From: Minisyncoccota bacterium
GTDB lineage: Bacteria; Patescibacteriota; Minisyncoccia; Phycocordibacterales; UBA2100
DNA length: 64,000 nucleotides
Assembly (NCBI GenBank): GCA_965267345.1
Contig: OZ253947.1
Span: forward strand, 266,814-330,813
Direction: 5' to 3'
Shown here: positions 58,939 to 64,000 of the stretch, piece after piece
Numbering within the stretch: position 1 is the stretch's first letter
How the letters are laid out: each line of letters opens with the position of its first letter
Notes under the pieces: model-generated
Database searches by the model: none
Told to the model about the DNA's origin: nothing
What the model saw: only the letters and a program-made list of their open reading frames with translations
Translations under genes and position numbers: made by a program

Positions 58939-60342
58939 ATGCCGCGTGTTGATGCGTGGTATCATGCGCCTATGGCGAAGAACGGCAGTAAGAAAAAGAA
59001 TGTGTTCCAAAAGCTCCTCGCACTTGAGTTGTTGAAAACGCATTACTTTGGACTTTCTATCACACCGCTATTTAATACACTTCTCGGTGCACTCGCGCTG
59101 TGGGCATTTATTGCATACCCGACACTGTTTTGGACGACACTTGCGTGGCTCTTGGCACTATCGGTCATTTGGGCACCAGTTGCACTGATGCAAATGGCAA
59201 TTGGAGCGTGGCGTGACTACATCCGCTCAGCATTTATTCTTGAGCAAGAAAAAGTGTTGCTCGAAATTAAGATTCCACGCCACATTTACAAAACACCACG
59301 CGCAATGGAATTGGTCTTTTCCGGACTCAACATTGGTCCAGGAGAAACAACCTTTATTAAAAAGTGGTGGGACGGGAAGCTGCGCCCGTGGTGGTCGCTC
59401 GAGCTCGTCTCCTTTGAAGGGAAGATTCACTTCTACATTTGGACACAACGCAAGTTTGTCGACTTCACCATGGCGCAGATCTATGCTCAGTATCCGAACG
59501 TTGAAATCTATGAGGTAGACGACTATACATCGGGTGTCTTTTTTGATCCGGCAACGATGAAAGTATGGGGTATGGAGTATGAATTTGCGAAATCTGATGC
59601 GTACCCACTAAAAACCTATGTCGACTTTGAACTCGACAAAGAAGCGCACAAGAGCGAGCAGGTAATTGACCCGCTCTCGGAAGTGTTTGAGAAGATGAGC
59701 TCGCTGGAAAAGGGCACTATGATGTGGGTGCAGTTCATTATTCGACAACACAAGCGCAACAAGCTTGGACCAATGTTCTGGACTAAAGGTACAAATTGGA
59801 AGGACGAAGTGCAGGCCGAAATTGAAGACATCTACCGCAAGGCAACGCCCGATTTCAACAACATTCTCACCGGCGAAACTGAGGCAGGCTTTGCACAGCT
59901 CAAACCGGCCGACATCGTCAAAATCAAGGCACTCGAGCGCAGTATTGAAAAAACAGCGTACGACGTCGGTATTCGTTCGGTACTGCTCGGAAAAAAAGAC
60001 ACGTTCCCCGGACATAAAATTCCGCAGTACGTGGTGAAGCTCTTTAATCCGTTTGCCTCAGGTCACCTCAATGAGCTCAACCCCGCGCCGTACTGGAACG
60101 TGACGTTGAACTATCCATGGCAAGATTTTCGTGATCGCAAGGATCGCAAATACTCCCACGGCGTACTTGATGCATATAAGCGCCGTGCTATGTTTTACGC
60201 ACCGTACGATCACGAGCGTGTGATTCTTACTACTGAGGAGTTGGCAACGCTGTACCACTTCCCAACAGAGGAAACACGCGCACCGGGACTTGAGCGCATA
60301 ACGTCGACGAAGGGCGAGCCACCAAAGAACCTCCCTGTATAA
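58939..60342 (+). CDS. hypothetical large membrane protein (467 aa)
   Basis: N-terminal TM helices then large soluble region; no family recognised. Confidence 0.55.
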   Translation: MPRVDAWYHAPMAKNGSKKKNVFQKLLALELLKTHYFGLSITPLFNTLLGALALWAFIAYPTLFWTTLAWLLALSVIWAPVALMQMAIGAWRDYIRSAFILEQEKVLLEIKIPRHIYKTPRAMELVFSGLNIGPGETTFIKKWWDGKLRPWWSLELVSFEGKIHFYIWTQRKFVDFTMAQIYAQYPNVEIYEVDDYTSGVFFDPATMKVWGMEYEFAKSDAYPLKTYVDFELDKEAHKSEQVIDPLSEVFEKMSSLEKGTMMWVQFIIRQHKRNKLGPMFWTKGTNWKDEVQAEIEDIYRKATPDFNNILTGETEAGFAQLKPADIVKIKALERSIEKTAYDVGIRSVLLGKKDTFPGHKIPQYVVKLFNPFASGHLNELNPAPYWNVTLNYPWQDFRDRKDRKYSHGVLDAYKRRAMFYAPYDHERVILTTEELATLYHFPTEETRAPGLERITSTKGEPPKNLPV

Positions 60343-60344
60343 CA

Positions 60345-61418
60345 TTGCATATGTTTTCACATTTTCTTGCACAATTGCGCATGTTGTTGTCACGATGGTG
60401 GGTCCGCACCGTGTACTGGTATGAGTACGCGTACGACTACATTTGGGAGTGGCGGATGCAACGACTGCACACGCTCAACCAACGCACGTTTCTCGTGTCG
60501 CTCATTTTGATTGGGGGCCTCGTCGGCGCGTATTTCACCGGCATTGCCGCACCGGCATTTGATGAGGAAACACTGGTAACCATTGAGCAGGGTGCGCCGC
60601 TGCAGGACATTGCGCAAACACTTGAAGACGAGGGAGTCATTCGCAGCAGTTGGTGGCTCACCCAAATTGTGCGCCTGCGTGGCGGTGAGCAGTCAGTTCA
60701 CGCGGGTGACTACCTGTTCCGCACTCCACGGAATGCCATTGTGGTGACGCGTGTCATCACCACCGGCGCCTTTGGTCTTGAGCCGGTGCGCATCACCGTT
60801 CCCGAAGGAGCAACGGTTGCTGACATGGCTATTATTTACGATCGCCGTTTGTATAAGTTTGATCCAAATGCGTTTATTGCTGAAGCAACCGAATTAGAAG
60901 GATACCTCTTTCCTGACACCTATCACTTTTTGCCAAACGTCACCCACTCGCAAGTCATTGGTGCAATGAGTGACAACTTCGACACCCACATCGAAGAGTA
61001 TCTACCCGCAATTGATGCCTCAGGCTACACGCTGCACGAAATTCTCACCCTTGCGTCAATTATTGAAAAAGAGGCGAGCAACGTGCGTGACCGGCAGCTC
61101 ATCTCCGGTGTGCTACACAATCGCCTCGACATCGGCATGAAGCTGCAGGTTGATGCAACGTTTACGTACACGCACGACAAAGGTACCTACGACATTACGC
61201 GCGCCGAGCTCCTCGACGAGAGCAACTTGTACAATACGTACGTACACGAAGGACTGCCGCCGGGACCAATTGCCGCGCCGAGTGAGTCGTCAATCTACGC
61301 GGCACTGCACCCAATTGAGAATGACTACATTTTTTACCTTGCCGACCGCAGTGGCCGCACCTACTACAGTAAAACCTACGAGCAACATCTGATTAAAAAG
61401 TCGATATACATTGACTAG
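60345..61418 (+). CDS. mltG: endolytic murein transglycosylase MltG (YceG family)
   Basis: single TM then YceG-like domain (AGDYLF...GLPPGPIAAP). Confidence 0.8.
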   Translation: MHMFSHFLAQLRMLLSRWWVRTVYWYEYAYDYIWEWRMQRLHTLNQRTFLVSLILIGGLVGAYFTGIAAPAFDEETLVTIEQGAPLQDIAQTLEDEGVIRSSWWLTQIVRLRGGEQSVHAGDYLFRTPRNAIVVTRVITTGAFGLEPVRITVPEGATVADMAIIYDRRLYKFDPNAFIAEATELEGYLFPDTYHFLPNVTHSQVIGAMSDNFDTHIEEYLPAIDASGYTLHEILTLASIIEKEASNVRDRQLISGVLHNRLDIGMKLQVDATFTYTHDKGTYDITRAELLDESNLYNTYVHEGLPPGPIAAPSESSIYAALHPIENDYIFYLADRSGRTYYSKTYEQHLIKKSIYID

Positions 61419-61437
61419 CGCTCGTGCATGACATAGG

Positions 61438-62520
61438 TTGACTCCCATGACCGACACTCAACAAAACGTGTACGTTGCCGTATCCGGCGGTGTCGACAGC
61501 GCCGTAGCCGCCCACAAGCTCGTACAGCAGGGCTACCATGTCACCGCGGTGTTTATGCGTGTGTGGCAACCCGACTTCATTCCCTGCACACAAGATGAGG
61601 ATGAGCGAGCAGCACTACGCGTCGCTGCTGCACTCGGTGTGCCGTTTCGCATTGCCAATCTCACACAGGAGTATAAACGCGACGTTATTGATGCAATGCT
61701 TGCCTCGTATGAGCGCGGGGCAACCCCAAATCCCGACGTGCTCTGTAACCGCGCTATTAAATTCGGTGCGTTTCGCACGTGGGCACACGAACAGGGCGCT
61801 GATCTGATTGCAACCGGCCATCACGCGCAGCGCCGCGAAAATGCCGACGGCACGTACGCCCTCGTGCGCGGGATCGACCCACGCAAAGATCAGGTGTACT
61901 TTCTCTGGACACTCACGCAGGATGATCTCGCCCATACGCTACTGCCTATTGGCGGCATGGCGAAAGCAGACGTACGCGCGTACGCACAGCAGTACAATCT
62001 GCCAAGTGCAACACGTCCCGACAGCCAAGGCCTCTGCTTCATCGGCCACGTCGACATGAAAGAGTTTCTCTCTCACTACATCACTACCACATCCGGTGAT
62101 GTGCTCAATGAGGTAGGTGAGGTTATTGGCACGCACGACGGCGCACAGCTCTATACACTCGGCCAGCGCGGCGGCTTTACCATCACGCAGGGTGCCTTGC
62201 AGGGAACCGTTGCCTACGTCGTTGCCAAGGACACCGCAGCAAATACCATCACCGTATCGCGCGAGCCACTACCGGCAACTATCGCCACGCAAACGCTCAC
62301 CCTTGAGCGATGCAATTGGATCAACGGCACACCAACGAACGATACGGCATATACGTGTGAGATTCGCTACCACGGCGAGCCTATTCCGTGTCGCGTTACC
62401 ACTAACGGCGACACGGCGACACTCACACTCGACATCGCAGTACTCGTCGCCCGCGATCAGTCAGTTGTTGTCTATGACGGCGAAGAGTGCCTAGGTGGCG
62501 GGGTTCTTGTTCAACAATGA
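61438..62520 (+). CDS. mnmA: tRNA-specific 2-thiouridylase MnmA
   Basis: PP-loop VAVSGGVDSAVAA, catalytic Cys positions conserved; 360 aa. Confidence 0.9.
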   Translation: MTPMTDTQQNVYVAVSGGVDSAVAAHKLVQQGYHVTAVFMRVWQPDFIPCTQDEDERAALRVAAALGVPFRIANLTQEYKRDVIDAMLASYERGATPNPDVLCNRAIKFGAFRTWAHEQGADLIATGHHAQRRENADGTYALVRGIDPRKDQVYFLWTLTQDDLAHTLLPIGGMAKADVRAYAQQYNLPSATRPDSQGLCFIGHVDMKEFLSHYITTTSGDVLNEVGEVIGTHDGAQLYTLGQRGGFTITQGALQGTVAYVVAKDTAANTITVSREPLPATIATQTLTLERCNWINGTPTNDTAYTCEIRYHGEPIPCRVTTNGDTATLTLDIAVLVARDQSVVVYDGEECLGGGVLVQQ

Positions 62521-62712
62521 CACATCCAGTCGAACCGTCTAAACCGCTATTTTGACGTCATAATAGCGCTTTAGGCATGTGTTTCGACTAATCGAAACAC
62601 AGCCCGTCACATATGATAATGTAGGATACCTTGGTGGTAGCGCTTTGGCGTGAGAAAAAATAAAATGCCATTTTGCACTGGAACAGGTTCGCACATGTGG
62701 TAGGGTTTAGGT

Positions 62713-64000
62713 GTGGCTACATTATTGCAAAAGCGGACAGTGGATGAAGTAGTAAGACGCTACGCTGCAGAGTACGGAATTGAAGAAAGTCGAGCTTTTC
62801 TCTTTTTGGTTATTGAGAAATTTTTTTCTTCTGCCGGCTTTGAAAGTTTTGAGCTTAATTCAATCGACATCGAGGCTTCGATTGTCGACGGTTCAGATGA
62901 CTGCGGTATAGATGCAATTGTCATAGATGAGGAGAGTGAATCCCGCCCTGCAGTGTACATTTTTCAGTCAAAATACCACACTGCGCAAAACTCGCATGAA
63001 AAAGCATTTCCAGGATCGGAAATTACTAAACTAAAAAATGCCACCAAGGACTTTGTACTGAGGGAACAGATCAGTTCTAAATACCAAAACGCTCGGCTCA
63101 TCGACCGCCTTCATTCAGTAAGGAATTTATTTGTTGAAAATCCTCGTTTTATCCTTGTATTTTGCTCAAACGGAAAAGAACCCCATGGAGGAGCGAGATC
63201 ACAATTAGAGGATTTCATAGAGGATACAAATGCTACCTCCGGTGCAGAGTATTTCGGTGTCCAGTATATTGATATTGAACGACTCACACGAGAGTTCCTT
63301 GCACCTGCTCAGTCAAAACCTATCGACTTTAAGCTGCAGACGTCTGGAAAGTATATGACTGACGATAGCGGCGACGTACGCCTTTTCTTAGGTGCTGCAA
63401 AAGGACATGCTTTGGCACAATTGGTCGAAGAAAATGGAGATCGTCTTTTTGAGAAAAACGTCCGCGGATTCCTCAAGAAGTCTAATCCTATTAACAAAGG
63501 TATTATTCGATCCGCCACAACAGACACCAGTCCGTACTTCGTATACATGAATAATGGTGTGACAATAACTTGTGAAAAGTATTCGTTTTCCCCAGTCGAT
63601 TCCTCACCAAACCTCAGTCTCAAAAACGCTCAAATAGTTAACGGGCAACAAACTGTCAGATCTCTGGCGCAAGCGCAAAAAGAGAAAATTCTCAAGGAGG
63701 ATGTAAGAGTTTTGATACGTATCGTCGAAACCACTAATGCCGATTTGCTCCCTCAAATTGTCGAAGCAACCAACAGTCAAACAAAAGTTACTTCAAGAGA
63801 CTTGCATTCAAATGACGAGATACAGCGACTTATTGAAAGTGCTTTAAAACAGAAAGGTTACTTTTATGAAGCGCGGAAAAATAAATACCAAGGGAAAAAG
63901 TCTACGTCAAAGCGAGTCGATGCCGAAATAGCAACACAGGCTTACGTTGCATGTTTTAAAGAGCGCCCTGCATACGCAAAAGACAGGAAGAGTGCATTGT
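62713..64000 (+). CDS. AIPR-family abortive-infection / phage-resistance protein, 3-prime truncated by the window edge
   Basis: hand translation of the open frame from GTG 62713 (alternative starts TTG 62725 / GTG 62740) to the window end shows the AIPR signature ...KNAQIVNGQQTVRSL...; segment is conspicuously AT-richer than the rest. Confidence 0.7.
   Translation, partial: MATLLQKRTVDEVVRRYAAEYGIEESRAFLFLVIEKFFSSAGFESFELNSIDIEASIVDGSDDCGIDAIVIDEESESRPAVYIFQSKYHTAQNSHEKAFPGSEITKLKNATKDFVLREQISSKYQNARLIDRLHSVRNLFVENPRFILVFCSNGKEPHGGARSQLEDFIEDTNATSGAEYFGVQYIDIERLTREFLAPAQSKPIDFKLQTSGKYMTDDSGDVRLFLGAAKGHALAQLVEENGDRLFEKNVRGFLKKSNPINKGIIRSATTDTSPYFVYMNNGVTITCEKYSFSPVDSSPNLSLKNAQIVNGQQTVRSLAQAQKEKILKEDVRVLIRIVETTNADLLPQIVEATNSQTKVTSRDLHSNDEIQRLIESALKQKGYFYEARKNKYQGKKSTSKRVDAEIATQAYVACFKERPAYAKDRKSAL

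Overview
This is a 64 kb high-GC (~55-60% by eye) bacterial chromosomal segment, densely packed with core housekeeping genes on both strands. Most genes lack strong Shine-Dalgarno sequences and there are many small tightly packed ORFs, so a reduced-genome lineage is possible, but that is only an inference.

In order, the window contains: Rel/SpoT, topoisomerase I, a GcrA-like regulator, DprA, SerRS, an FtsQ-like protein, Dus, DnaX, a histidine phosphatase, tRNA-Gln(UUG), a low-GC asnB gene, YbjQ, TypA/BipA, a DEAD-box helicase, an extracytoplasmic folding set (SurA-N-like, Gmad2, cyclophilin, FKBP), a Pif1/RecD-like helicase, FolD, uvrB-uvrA-uvrC (with a short UvrC), MurB, Ddl, PCD, tRNA-Ala(UGC), an FAD monooxygenase, an XRE-controlled extracytoplasmic thiol-redox module (Met-rich thioredoxin, CcdA, split DipZ-like TlpA, DoxX), a complete F1Fo ATP synthase operon atpBEFHAGDC with an extra ORF between atpG and atpD and an RNHCP zinc-ribbon gene coupled to atpC, an RND pump with its membrane-fusion protein, YchF, LeuRS, MltG, MnmA, and at the 3-prime end a low-GC AIPR-family abortive-infection gene that runs off the window.

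No CRISPR arrays, rRNA genes, transposases or integrases were seen.

The most unusual non-coding signal is a ~400 nt low-GC intergenic region (52280-52690). It holds two diverged tandem ~69 nt repeat units, each ending in a UUCG-capped hairpin with the second acting as an intrinsic terminator, and then a separate nested long-range helix element just upstream of ychF. This is a candidate novel structured RNA locus.

Other accessory-looking patches are the tRNA-Gln/asnB low-GC island, the atpG-atpD inserted ORF, a divergent small-gene pair with unusually strong Shine-Dalgarno sequences, and the AIPR defence-island edge.
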